From Octopus vulgaris (lineage: Eukaryota), in assembly GCA_951406725.2 (NCBI GenBank), contig OX597832.1, positions 28,830,001 through 28,894,000 of the forward strand: a stretch of DNA of 64,000 bases, read 5' to 3'. The position numbers were made by a program, and so were the translations under genes. Below are positions 29,707 through 44,178 of this stretch, in pieces. Under the pieces are notes generated by a model, which had not been told where the DNA came from, ran no database searches, and saw only the letters and a list, made by a program, of their open reading frames with translations. Positions within the stretch are counted from its first letter, which is position 1, and every line of letters begins with the position of its first letter.

Positions 29707-30485
29707 GTGTGTATGTGTGTGTGCGTGTGTGTGTGTGTAAATACACTCCCACACGTACGTACATAAAACGGCCAGTCCTTGAAAAGGAACTGCGTGGTAG
29801 GAAAAGTTATAAGAAAACTGTTTATGTTTAAAGTTCTGTGACGTAATCCCACCACCACCACCACCACCGCCACCACCACCACCAAAGCATTAAACAATTT
29901 GATATTTTATCCATAGTTTTTGTTGTTTTGGTTCTCATGGGGGTCACGTTCGGTCGTATTGATCTCTTGCCGACAAAACTAAGATCTAAAGACTTGTTAT
30001 TGCTGCTGTTGTTGCTGTTGCTGCTGCTGTTGTTGTTGTTGTCGTCGTCGTCGTTGTTGTTGTTGTTGCTGTAGACTATGATCTTTGCTCCGTCGGTCAT
30101 GTCTGATTGAGCAGAACTATCACCAACGGCAGCCAAACCGTGACCATCCCGACCTTTTAAGCGATATCACAGTCTTGCATCCGAGACAAAATTATCCTGA
30201 GTATACGTCTCCTACCTTTTTGAAATCCGTAGATTGTGCTTTGAAAACCTGGCTGGTATTTCTCGCAGATCAAGCGATCACGTAGACGCTCTTTCTGTGA
30301 CTCGTGAAAATGGTACTTTCCCAAAATTGTTAGAATTAAAAATAACCTGAAATTGTCTAAACTGTGTCAGTCTCACCAGCTTAGGGTGGTCTACTAAGAC
30401 CACAAACATCGCCCTAACCCTAACCCTAAGACTAACCTTAAACATAAAGGAATTTAACGAGTACTGGAAGTGGATAGAAGTTTCT

Positions 30486-30714
30486 AAGGCGGCGAGCTGG
30501 CAGAAACGTTAGCACGCCGGGCGAAATGCTTAGCAGTATTTCGTCTGCCGCTACGTTCTGAGTTCAAATTCCGCCGAGGTCGACTTTGCCTTTCATCCTT
30601 TCGGGGTCGATAAATTAAGTACCAGTGACGCACTGGGGTCGATGTAGTCTACTTAATCTCCTTATCTGTCTTTGTCCCCTCTATGTTTAGCCCCTTGTGG
30701 GCAATAAAGAAATA
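30486..30714 (+). mobile_element. full-length SINE B2 with 10-bp target-site duplication
   Basis: A box TGGCAGAAACG (30498-508), B box GAGTTCAAATTCC (30560-72), tail ...tgtgggcaataaagaaata; TSD AGAAGTTTCT at 30476-85 and 30715-24. Confidence 0.95.
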
Positions 30715-31326
30715 AGAAGTTTCTTTGGTTATCTTGCAGAGTCGAATTCCATCTACAGAGCTAGGAAAATAATAGAAGTGTATATACATGGATGGATGCA
30801 CGTATGTATGTTTGGATACATATGTCACAATGACAAGGGTCCTCTTCAAACTTCAGTCGTTATTGCGCATGTCAGTAGAATTATGCTGGTGCTATGCAGA
30901 CAAATATAAGATCCCATCCACATGAAGGCCATTTGACCAACTTTCAAGGGCATATATGCCATCATGCTACCTCCATTGACTCTCTAAACCGCTGTGTCTT
31001 CTCTCTGTCGTCTCTACCGAATCGGTCTGTCTCTATTGTTCTAACCAAACCACATGGAGACAACCACATGAACTAGTCAACCTATACTGTGTGTGTATGT
31101 ATATATATATACATATATAGATACACAAAAAAGATCAAAAATCTTCAAAGGGATGTCAAACATCCAAGTCCATCTGTACAGTCCAAGCAAAGAATATATA
31201 TGAACATATATTCAGTATTTGCAAAAATCAATAAAGTATAATTCTAAGAATTTATATTGGATTTGTACCAACTTGGACTTGAATTAAAGATCGTCTACAC
31301 CTATATATTTTTCATTTCCTAATCAA

Positions 31327-31491
31327 AATCGAACCCACAAATCAACGCTAACACGGCTCCTTGCGCATCCGATTGGATCAAACGATCGCCATTAATTTCA
31401 ACCAAACTTAATGAATACATACTTAAACTGTCTAATACTACATATGATATTTCTAAACAAACCATGTTAGCGTTGATTTGTGGGTTCGATT
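31327..31491. repeat. 30-bp inverted repeat around ~105-bp spacer
   Basis: aatcgaacccacaaatcaacgctaacacgg (31327-56) vs ccatgttagcgttgatttgtgggttcgatt (31462-91), one mismatch. Confidence 0.9.
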
Positions 31492-31617
31492 CTAGCTGGG
31501 GTTAGCACATACTTTTTCAGTCATTTCTTTGTATTTAGAAATTCTCGCTTCAAATCAGAGAATATATATTAGTATGATAAATTATTATACAGTTTTATAT
31601 ATATATATATATATACA

Positions 31618-31773
<156 letters not shown>

Positions 31774-31794
31774 ATGCACGTATGTTATTTGAAT

Positions 31795-31960
31795 GGTACT
31801 CCGTTGGTTGCGACGATTAGTGTTCAAATAGATCCTATTAATAAAGCAGCTTGCTCGTAAATAACGAGAAATAAAGTTTTGCTCAAGGCCCCAACACGCC
31901 GCTAAGTATCGAACACTCGACCTTGAGCCGAACACCTAAACCATTAAGCCACCGACCTTC
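31795..31960 (-). mobile_element. internally deleted SINE family D copy
   Basis: Head (tggcttaatgg, gttcgatac) and tail both match 54843-55141. Confidence 0.7.
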
Positions 31961-33032
31961 ACATGTATATCTATTTACACATATATGCACAAATGGATAT
32001 ATAGACATAACCACACACACACACACACACAAACAGACACACATACATCTATCTATATATACACACACACATACAAACATTATATATATATATATATTTA
32101 CGTACAAATATTATATATATATATATAAATATATATACACACACAAACGTTATAGATATATAGATGGGGTATAGAAGGAGAGAGAGACAAAAAAAAACAT
32201 TTAAAAATAACGAAGTGTGGCATGTGAAATGAAAAGTAAGATAATTAATGTATGCAAAAAAAAAAACGAAAAGAAAAGTCGATCGCTATTACATGGCCGA
32301 CGGCTTCTACTCTGGAAATGTTTTAAAAATGTTGTTATTAAAGAATAATAAATGAAGAATGAATGAAAATGGTTTACAAGATTGGATTCCTCAATGGAAA
32401 GAGACAATATTGTTTACATGCAATCAACACCCAACGAGAATTCAGCCGTTTCCGTTGGAGAGGAAACAGAGAGGAAAATGCTGGGAAGATTGTGCAGTGA
32501 TGTCGTCTGCTTGTTACAAATGAAAATGATTAAGCAATGACGGAAAGTATATATGCTTGGTGGTGGAATTTTTTGCCTGATTACTGTTTTTTTCTTTTCG
32601 TAAGTTACTCATAGGAGCCAGAGGAAGAGGAAGGCTCCTGATTTTTTGCAGACGTTATCCTAAGAACGGTGCGTTTAATGAGGCAGACGCCGAGTTTGAA
32701 TGTACATCTGTGAATTAATATCAGCAGGATATAAGGTGTTTGGGAGAAGAATAGGGTAGAGAAGGAGAGATGGTGTCTGAATATTTGTAGGAGTGTGAAT
32801 TCCACTAAGAAAAAAAAAAACGTGCACCCGATGATAAGGTTGCGATATTTAACTAGGGTACATGTTGCATTTGGAAATAACGTTGTGATATTTAACAAGG
32901 GTACATGGAATAGGGACCACTAATATCCAACCCAAAATAAGGTGGCGATATTAAACTGATTTACGTGTAAGGTCTACCATTAAAACACAAGCCAAATATA
33001 TCAGTCATTTAAACTAAGATGCAGAAACACAC

Positions 33033-33116
<84 letters not shown>

Positions 33117-33269
33117 TCACACACACACACACGCATATACATTCATGAATATATATTTGTTGTTTGTTTTGTTATACTAAAAACAATTCGAAATTAATCT
33201 GAACGATTACTCAATACATTTGGTAGAGTAGAAATTTATTATTCTCTACATACACACATATTATTTTAC

Positions 33270-33313
<44 letters not shown>

Positions 33314-33709
33314 TCACCACACAAACACACGTATATATATATATATATATACACACACACATGTCCATGGTAGGCTTTCCTCCTTGACGCGTTTGAATGA
33401 TACATGAACATTAGATCAGCCATTACACTCCACTCCTGCTAACACCCTACCAATCACCAATAAAACATGCAGGAGAATAACCAACAATACAAATACCACC
33501 TCCACCACCACCAACACCACCACCACCTCCATTACAACAACAACAGCAACAGCAACAACAAGACGACAATATCAACGTTCTCCCCCATCTCCACACCGCA
33601 CAACGCCTCCTCCACGGCCACGACCATCACCAACAACTACAACCTGCAACAACATTAACAACACCCTGAAGCCCAATATTCTCTGTTCGTATCTGTGTGT
33701 GTATGTATG

Positions 33710-33750
<41 letters not shown>

Positions 33751-33774
33751 TATATATATACATACATACACACG

Positions 33775-33811
<37 letters not shown>

Positions 33812-33993
33812 GCGCACACACTCATACATTCATACATTACATACGTACATATAGGTATAATAGATATGTATATACATATATGTATGCATGTATATGTCCA
33901 CACACATATATATATATATACATATATGTATTTATATATATATATATATGCATATATATGTATATATATACATAAAATAATGTGTATTTATAC

Positions 33994-34046
<53 letters not shown>

Positions 34047-34070
34047 CATAAAATAATATATATATATATG

Positions 34071-34188
<118 letters not shown>

Positions 34189-34396
34189 GAGAGAAAAGGG
34201 GAGAGAGGAGGAGGAGAGTCGGGAAGATAGGTGGATGGACGGGCAACAATGCTAAGCCTGTATTCGGGATGCTGGAGCGTGAAGAAATGCATCGGTTGTT
34301 ACAAAACTATTTATTCTGTTGTATTTAAGCGAACCGAAATCGCCCGGATCTCCCCCTAGGTGGCGCTAGTAGTGGTAGTAGCAGCAGCAGCAGTGG

Positions 34397-34445
<49 letters not shown>

Positions 34446-34542
34446 GGAGGATGGAAAAAAGGACCAGAGATTAAAATGGTGTTGTCGGCGGTGTTAATGC
34501 CGATGGAGAAACTGGCGGTGGTGAAGGAGGAGGAGGTGGTGG

Positions 34543-34573
<31 letters not shown>

Positions 34574-34971
34574 GCTGGTGGTGATGGCAGTAGTACGGGT
34601 GGTGGCGGCGGTGGTGGTGTTAAAAAATGGTGAATAAACGAGAGTCAATAGAACACAAAATTGTGACTCAGTCAAGCTTCCATAAACAATGAGTCAGACT
34701 GGGTTAGTTCCCCTTTATTTACTTATTTATTTATTTGTTTTATATATCCATATTCCGCTGGTGTTGTTATTGTTGTTGTTGTTGCTGTTTCAGCTACTTT
34801 ATGTCCCCTTTCGCCTTTTTCTTTGTATTTTTGTTAAGTTTTTTTTCTTCTTTAAAAATAAAACCCTTTATTAAGATCCCTTATTGTATCATTGTTCCTT
34901 TTCTTTAACTCTGACACGCTGTCGGTCTTTCTGACTGTCTGTCCCTCCTTCTGTCTGTCTGTCCGTCTGTC

Positions 34972-35006
<35 letters not shown>

Positions 35007-35369
35007 CGTCTGTATGTCTGTCCGTGTGTCTGTCTTTCTATCGATCTTTTACAATTTTTCTTGTTAATCTGTCATTCTGTACTTTTTTCTTTCTTTCTTT
35101 CTTTCTTTCTTCCTTTCTTTCCTTCCTTTCTTTCCTTCCTTCTCCCTCCCTCCCACCCTCCCTCTTTGTCATTCATGCATTATTCCTTCTTTCCTTCCTT
35201 CTACCCTTCCTCTTATGTCAAGTACAACCCCCTCTAAAAACAGAAGCCAGCCCTCTCTCGAATCATACTTTACGGCCTCACACAACGAAGGACACACTAG
35301 ACGAAAAGATGAGATGGTCATGGACGGAACGTATTAGCTGATTCATTAGAGATGGCGTATGGTAAACAA

Positions 35370-35665
35370 CAGCAATATCGTCATCATCATCACTACCGCC
35401 ACCACTGCCATCACCACCATCGTCATCATCATCGTCATCATCGTCGTCATCATCATCATCATCATCGTCATCGTCATCATTATCATCGTCATCATCGTCA
35501 TCGTCATCATCGTCGTCATCATCGTCATCATCGTCGTCATCATCATCATCATCATCGTCATCGTCATCATTATCATCGACATCATCGTCATCGTCATCAT
35601 CATCATCATCATCATCATCGTCGTCATCGTCGTCGTCGTCATCGTCGTCATCATCATCATCGTCA
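35370..35665. repeat. (ATC/GTC)n microsatellite
   Basis: Directly visible. Confidence 0.94.
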
Positions 35666-36459
35666 ATATCACTACAATATTGTAGTTATTAAGGTGCAGG
35701 ACAGTCTGATAATCTCACCTTCCTGTGTCCCTTATGAGGGGAGTTAGTGTTGTATGAACACTGGAGTAAATATCATCTCTTTTGTAGTTCCTTACCTTAT
35801 TAGGGACCAGCATCAGCTCCCTGATTTCTCCTTTCAGTAGAAGTCACTTATTCTTCGCAATGTTTGCTTTTAAAGTATCAGAACATTTGAAGAATATTGT
35901 GACATCTCTGTAATTAGGGGTCACAATAGTTAAACAGTATCATTGGGGGTCAGATGAGATGGATATCCCCAGAATAACTGAGCTACGTCTGGCCCTTTTT
36001 ATTACATCTTGCCAAGAAATTTAGAAGAGCTGGAAAATAGCCAGTACTTACTGAATTTAGGGACCAAAAGAGGTAGGGGGATAATATCTTATATTAGGGG
36101 TTATAATAGGGAACAATGTGCTGTACTTTGCATTTTACAAACAGTAGAAATACCATAATATGACAAAGTTTCCCATGTCCTACCTTTTGGTAAACTTCTA
36201 GCATGAAGGCTGTAATTTAACTGTTATTTTTAGCAGCTTGAGCGACCATATAGAAATCTCCCGCTTTTGGCCGTTGTTAATGAAATAGAAGCTCTCCGGT
36301 CGGAGAGGTAAATTAGATTGCAGTGACAAAGGAGCTCTCCAGTTGGAGAGGTAAATTAGATTAACATATTCTCTATGCAATGTAAAATGATGGCGGTAAA
36401 GATACTTTCACAGATATTTCCTATTCTCTCTCCCTTTCTCTTTCTCCAATTCACTCTCT

Positions 36460-36504
<45 letters not shown>

Positions 36505-36851
36505 CTCTCTCTCTCTCTGCTTTCCCTCTATCTCTTCACCTTCCATTTGTCTCCATTATGTGCGTCGAACTTTGCTTCTCTCTAAAGCTTCAGATATAAT
36601 ATTTTCTTTCGATAACAAACACACAAAATACACAACATGTATGAACATATATATACACACATACGCACGCACATACTACCACACTGACACATACACACAC
36701 ACACACATGCATATATTTATATACACATATACGAATATACACGTCTATAAAAATGTACGTATTTATGTCTTTAAAATTATATGTTTATATGTTATATGTG
36801 TGTGTGTGTGTATTTATATGATATATATACGTATGTATGTATATAAACATA

Positions 36852-36911
<60 letters not shown>

Positions 36912-37362
36912 TATGAACACACAGTTGCACAGACACTGAATATACATATTATCATATCTCTATATATGTATACACACACACATATATATATATACACACA
37001 CACATACACATAAATACACATACAAACAGACACACACACACACACACACGCAAACACACACAGACATTAGTAGCCATTGGCGGGGCAGGGACCCGAGTTG
37101 TCAGACAACCGAAAGAGTCAACGAAAATGAAGTCATTCTGCTAATGAGGTCATTCATTGATCCCTATTGAGGTCAGTGCCCTCGGGTCGAGGAAGCGGGG
37201 ACGGCGGTGGTGGTGATGATGGTAGCGGTGGTGGTGGCAGGGGGGGAACCCTTACCTTCCTTTCTGCCATCAATGGATGAATATATACAAAAAAAAAGCT
37301 ATTCTGATTCAATGAATATAATATATGTATCATGTATTTGTTGCTGGGTTTTTTATGCGGAG

Positions 37363-38350
<988 letters not shown>

Positions 38351-38609
38351 TTTATATATATGTACGTATGTAGCTGTGCATGTATGTATAGAATGTGTGC
38401 GTGCGCGCACTGGCGCGTGTGTTTGCATTCTTCAAACTTCTACTTTTTCCTACATCCTGAAACTGCATATTCCTCACGTACCTGGTCCACTCCCCCACCC
38501 CATACCCACACACACAACAATAACAACAACAACAACAACATCTATGACGTCAGCAAGGAACCAAACGAGACCAGCGTCGTGACCCCAGCAGCAATTACTT
38601 GAAGGACGG

Positions 38610-38985
38610 GGACAAATCGATGCCTTTGACCCCATCACTTGATTTGTACTTCATGTTGTCGGCCCCGGATGGCGGAAGTGGGACGAAAGGCTAAGGTCAC
38701 CTCGACGGGATTTGAACGCAAAAAACACAAGGAACCGGCACAAACACACCGAGGCGGGTTTTGTTCGACGCTCCAACGATTTGGCACAACGCCAGCAATT
38801 TCGGAGAGATATTGCGTTTCAATTATATCGACCCAAGTATGTGACTGGTACTTTACTTTATCTACTTTGGAAGGATATGAAATGGTAAAAGTCGACCTCG
38901 GCAGTATTTTAACGCAGATTGTAAAAACGGATGGAATGCCGCCAAGCGTGTTGTCCGGCAGGCTAACGATTCTGCGAGCTCTCCA
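38610..38985 (-). mobile_element. two tandem degenerate SINE B copies
   Basis: Twice-repeated rc motifs (aaag)gtc.acctcg.c.g.attt.aac.ca and ct.aacgatt.tg; head abuts (AAT)n. Confidence 0.7.
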
Positions 38986-38995
38986 TTTTTGCAAT

Positions 38996-39004
38996 ATAAA
39001 TAAC

Positions 39005-39054
<50 letters not shown>

Positions 39055-39097
39055 CAACAACAACAACAACAACAATAATAACAATATTAAATTATTA

Positions 39098-39167
<70 letters not shown>

Positions 39168-39227
39168 CATCATCATCATTATTAGATTTTTACAGTATAA
39201 AGAGGATAGAAATCACGGAGCTAATGG

Positions 39228-39261
<34 letters not shown>

Positions 39262-39380
39262 AATGACGATTACGATGATGATGATGATGTTGATCATGAC
39301 GACGACGATGATTATGTTGATGTTGATGATGACGACGACGATGATTATGATGATGATGATGACGGTGATGATGGTGATGG
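38996..39380. repeat. (AAT)n-(AAC)n-(ATT)n-(GAT)n microsatellites
   Basis: Directly visible. Confidence 0.92.
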
Positions 39381-39678
39381 TTCGATTGCACTTATTGTAA
39401 GACAAATACGAGTGTTTATAGTCACGCACAATAACAACATCAACAAGAACAACAAACAAACAAACAACGAAATACATAAATGTATTTGATAAGTAAATAC
39501 GCGAATAAATATCTCCATGTTTTCTCTGTCTTATCCTCCTCTTCCGCCTCCCCTCTTCCGCCTCCCCTCTTCCGTCTCCCCTCTTCCGCCTCCTCCCCTC
39601 CACACAACAAGAAAAGAAAGCTTTTATTTCACTTGAAATACGTGTTATTACAAATCGAAGTGTTGTGAGTATGAGAGC

Positions 39679-39723
<45 letters not shown>

Positions 39724-40044
39724 CACACACACAAAACACACACGCATACATACGAACACTCGCACGTACATACGAACAAGCACACACATGATTACACACG
39801 CATGCATACCAACATATACACACAGATAATCACACACGCACATACATATGAACACACACATGATTACACACGCATACATACAATCACACACTTATACACG
39901 CTTACATACAACCGTCCACACACGAACATATGCACACATGCACACACACACGCATACATTTACGTCATTTACATACATGAATACAAATAAAACACAGAGA
40001 TATACACACATACACTCACAAATACTCACACACACATGCACACA

Positions 40045-40550
40045 CACACACGTACACACTCATCCACATGTATATACACATACAGAGAGAAACGCATACA
40101 CACACGTACACACTCATCCACACGTATACACACATACAGAGAGAATCGCATACACACACACATACACACACGTACACACTCGTCCACACGTATACACACA
40201 TACAGAGAGAAACGCATACACACACACACATACACACACGTACACACTCGTCCACACGTATACACACATACAGAGAGAAACGCATACACACGTACACACT
40301 CGTCCACACGTATACACACATACAGAGAGAAACGCATACACACACACACACACACACATACACACACATACACACTCTTCCACACGTATACACACATACA
40401 GAGAGAATCGCATACACACACACACGCGTGCGTACACACTCATCCAACGTATACACACATACAAAGTGAAACACATACACACACACATATACACACACCA
40501 TCCACACGTATACACACATCCACACGTATACACACATACAGAGAGAAACA
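40045..40550. repeat. ~50-65-bp minisatellite built on a CA-rich unit
   Basis: cgtacacactcrtccacacgtatacacacatacagagagaawcgcatac recurs about 8 times with variable (CA)n linkers. Confidence 0.88.
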
Positions 40551-41202
40551 CATACACTCACATCCAATCCAAAATACATGTAAAGAGGCGGGGAATGGCG
40601 GTCATTTGGGTTAAACATCAAGCAAAGACACAAGAGAGAGAGAGAGAGTAAGAGGCAGGATGTTAGAGAGGGTGGTGAGAGAGTGAGAGAGAGCAATAAG
40701 ACTTGGGTAGGGAGGAAGTGCTTACTGGGTGGTGGGGGGAGGTGAGGTTGGAGTATTTGCATAAGAAACTACTTGAGTTAGTTCGAAGACGTTGGCAGAG
40801 AATAATTGCTAAGACAACATCGGTGTGAAGATCTTACTCGATGAAGTAATCAAGAGAATATTGTGATACAAAGAAGAGTTATTGGATAAATATTTAGAGC
40901 AGAAAACGGAGGGATTAAGGGGTTGGTTTGGGAGCTGAACTATTGTTCGGTTGAGACGAAGACACGGTTTCGATTTAGCGTTGGAAGTATTTCGCTTGCA
41001 GCGCTCGTGTCCCGCCAAGTCTTAGTTGCTGTCAGTGTGGTCGGTATAGAAGTGGGTATCGATTCTAAGGAATCGAACTAATATTGGCAGAATCGGTAGA
41101 GCAACATCGGGACAATGTTAAATTCCAATCGAGGCCAATTTCGATAAAATAAAGTCCTGGAGTTGGTTGACTAAAATACTAAGATTGGCAGATTAAAGAA
41201 TT

Positions 41203-41500
41203 AGGGCGACGAACTGGCAGAAACGTTAGCACGCCGGGCGAAATGCTTAGTGGTATTTCGTCTGCTGTTACGTTCTGAGTTCAAATTCCGCCGAGGTCGA
41301 CTTTGTCTTTCATCCTTTCGGGTTCGATAAATTAAGTACCAGTTACGGACTGGGGTCGATATAATCGACTTAATCCCTTTGTCTGTCCTTGTTTGTCCCC
41401 CTCTGTGTTTAACTCCCTGTGGGTAATAAAGAAATAGGTATTCGTCTCTCTTTACGTTCAGAGATCAAATTCCGCCGAGGTCGACTTTGCCTATCATCCT
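41203..41500 (+). mobile_element. SINE B2 followed directly by resumed SINE B body
   Basis: Full head, body and B2 tail at 41203-41436, then ggtatt-cgtct...tacgttcagagatcaaattccgccgaggtcgactttgcc (41437-41500). Confidence 0.92.
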
Positions 41501-41518
41501 TATTATTACCCTACGATT

Positions 41519-41766
41519 TAGGCGACAAGATGGCAGAATCGTTAGCACGCCGGGAAAAATGGATTTCGTCCGTCTTAAAGATTTTCTGAGTTCAAATTCC
41601 GTCGAAGTCGACTTTGCCTTTTATTCTTTCAGGACCGATAAAATAAGTACCAGTAAAGTACTTGGGTCTATGTAATCGACTATCCCCTCCCCCAAATTTC
41701 AGGCCTTGTGCCTATAGTAGAAAGGATTATTATTATTATTATTATTACTATTATTATTATTATTAC

Positions 41767-41799
<33 letters not shown>
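41519..41799 (+). mobile_element. SINE B1 with (ATT)n tail
   Basis: A box tggcagaatcg, B box gagttcaaattcc, tail cccccaaatttcaggccttgtgcctatagtagaaagg(att)n. Confidence 0.93.
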
Positions 41800-41800
<1 letters not shown>

Positions 41801-41806
41801 ATAAGT

Positions 41807-42030
41807 AAGATGGTGAGATGGCAGAATCGTTAGCACACCAGACAGAATGCTTCACGGCATTTCGTCCGTCTTTATGTTCTGAGTTCGAAAAAATCGCTGA
41901 GGTCCACTTTGCTTTTCATTCTTTCGGGGTCGATAAAATAGGTACCAGCTACGTACATGGGGGTCGATGTAATCGATTTATCTCCTCCTCAGACCCGAAT
42001 GGCCTTGCGCCAAACTTTGAAATCATCATT
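41807..42030 (+). mobile_element. SINE B1-like copy
   Basis: Colinear with 41519-41730, more diverged. Confidence 0.85.
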
Positions 42031-42705
42031 ACCCGATGAATATCAACGACCGCCATAACTTCCAGTGGCGCCATCTCTTTAAAATGTAACACATTTAATT
42101 CTGATTACGAAGAACCATCATACTGAACTCGTGATGCCGATAAAATAATTACCAGTCAAATATTGGTATCGATTTAGCATTTCGGTAAAGCCTCCGAGGT
42201 GTGGACGAAATTGTAGCGCAAAACGAAATGGACGGGATTGAAACCGAAACCCGAGGCTCTTCCCTTTCATACTTTTAGTTGTCTTCGAAAGCAACCCAGG
42301 TATTATTATCGAATGTTTCGTAAGAATTCAGAAATTTATAAAGATCAATAAATGGTTAATAAACAGTATCAGATGGCAGCATTAGAATTCTACAGAGTTC
42401 TTCGATGGTCCAAGAAATTCTAACTTAAGGGCTTTTGGTCTGTTGCCAGTATTACTTTGGAAAATCTTGGTTGCGTGTGGAAGAATCTATTTACCTATCT
42501 CCTCACAGCCCCCCCCCCCCCCACCACACACACACACACATACGTAGACACAGAGAAACACATACACACACGCTGACACACACACATACATAGACACTCA
42601 CACACACACATACATACATACATACACATACAAACACACACATATATAAACAAACAGATAGATAGAAATACATGCATATATATACATATATATATGTGTA
42701 TTATG

Positions 42706-42752
<47 letters not shown>

Positions 42753-42755
42753 ATA

Positions 42756-42786
<31 letters not shown>

Positions 42787-42875
42787 GTATGAATATATAT
42801 GTATACATATATATATATATATTTACATATATATATATATATGTATGTGTATGTATATATATATATGTGTGTGCG

Positions 42876-42915
<40 letters not shown>

Positions 42916-43048
42916 TGTGTGTGTGTGTGTGTGTGTGTGCATGTATGTACGTATAGGTGTGGCGATGCGAACTGGAAATCTAGAACTCAAAACAAGAGTG
43001 TCTATACACTGTGCCTTCTCCTCTTAGTCTTCAATAATTCTTTTGCTC

Positions 43049-43119
<71 letters not shown>

Positions 43120-43586
43120 CCATGTAAATTTATTTTGTAAATATTTATAAGCTTATACAAGAATGTTCATCTTCTGAATACTCTCAGTTTTTGCGTCTCT
43201 CTCTCCCCTGTATATCTATCTATATATGTATATATATATATATGTTAGCATGTGCCTATGCATCTATCTGTATTTTATATATGAAACACAAGTGTGTTTT
43301 ATCTGCACTGCTGTCTCTCCCGCACCTTGCCTTCATCAGCAGGTGACAGGACCGTTACTGACTTCGATTCATGTCAGACACCACACGTTGTTTCAAAAAC
43401 TGCCAAAAAGACACAGACAGGGTTGCACTCTTCTTCAACCTACGAGTACAATCCCTGCTGAACAGTTTTCTTTACAGTTTCCGTAAGATATGGTGGTGAG
43501 TCGACTCGAGGTTAAAGAAAAGGGCATTTGTCCAAACATGAGAATCGAACCCGGGAATCGTTGTTGCAATTCGATCATACTTCTCG

Positions 43587-43670
43587 GTTTCTTTATTAGC
43601 CACAAGGGCCCAAACGTAGAGGGGGGACAAACAAGGACAGACAGGACACCACAGAGGGGACAATACATAG
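43587..43670 (-). mobile_element. orphan Tx1-type 3' tail
   Basis: rc: tgtctgtccttgtttgtccccc..tctacgtttgggcccttgtggctaataaagaaac; shares tgtggctaataaagaaac with 28074-28091 and tgtctgtccttgtttgtcccc with SINE B2. Confidence 0.7.
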
Positions 43671-43779
43671 AACGAATATGATGAGATGATTATACAATAA
43701 TGGGGTTATGAATGGCTGCATGCGGCCCTCATCACATGCTTTACCATTAATATTTTTAAACTGTCCGTTTTATCATGTA

Positions 43780-44178
43780 CTAGCAGTATCGCCCGGCGTT
43801 GCTCGGATTTGTAAGGGAAATAACTATATAAGCATTTTTAGAGAGTTATAGCCAAAAAATAGCAAAAAAATGCATTAAAAATGGAAAAAAAATTATGGTA
43901 ATTTTTTTTTAAAATCGTTGACTCATCGTAAACATTTTTAGAGAGTTACTTCCCTTATATAATAGCGAAAAAAATGCATTAAAATGGAAAAAAATGATGG
44001 AAAATTATTTTTAAAATCGTTGACTCATCGTAGACGCGCGCTAATACCCAGAAGGGCTCGATATGAATCACGACTATAAGGTACCCGCTTTTGGTTATAC
44101 TGCACCGCAAAATGTAGGAGTAGTTAGGAATCTAAATCGTAGGAGACAGACACACAACTTGATTTTTGTATATAAAGA
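43780..44178 (-). mobile_element. non-autonomous Helitron (~400 bp)
   Basis: Minus strand reads A|TCTTTATATA...CCGAGCAACGCCGGG (hairpin)-cgatactg-CTAG|T: 5' TC, 3' hairpin plus CTAG, AT insertion site; internal ~100-bp tandem duplication. Confidence 0.9.

Noticed and set aside
30722-30780. miR-9 look-alike (TCTTTGGTTATCT followed by a weak hairpin)
   Set aside because: It diverges from the highly conserved mature miR-9 after 13 nt, the stem has several mismatches, its start overlaps the SINE TSD, and the sequence resembles the old dispersed repeat E
37125-37180. Repeated TGAGGTCA nuclear-receptor half-sites
   Set aside because: Spacing fits no standard response element, and such short motifs are expected by chance
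43300-43345. Minus-strand CTGATGA-aggc...gaga-cagcagt hammerhead-like string
   Set aside because: GAAA is mutated and stems II and III are broken; at most a dead remnant
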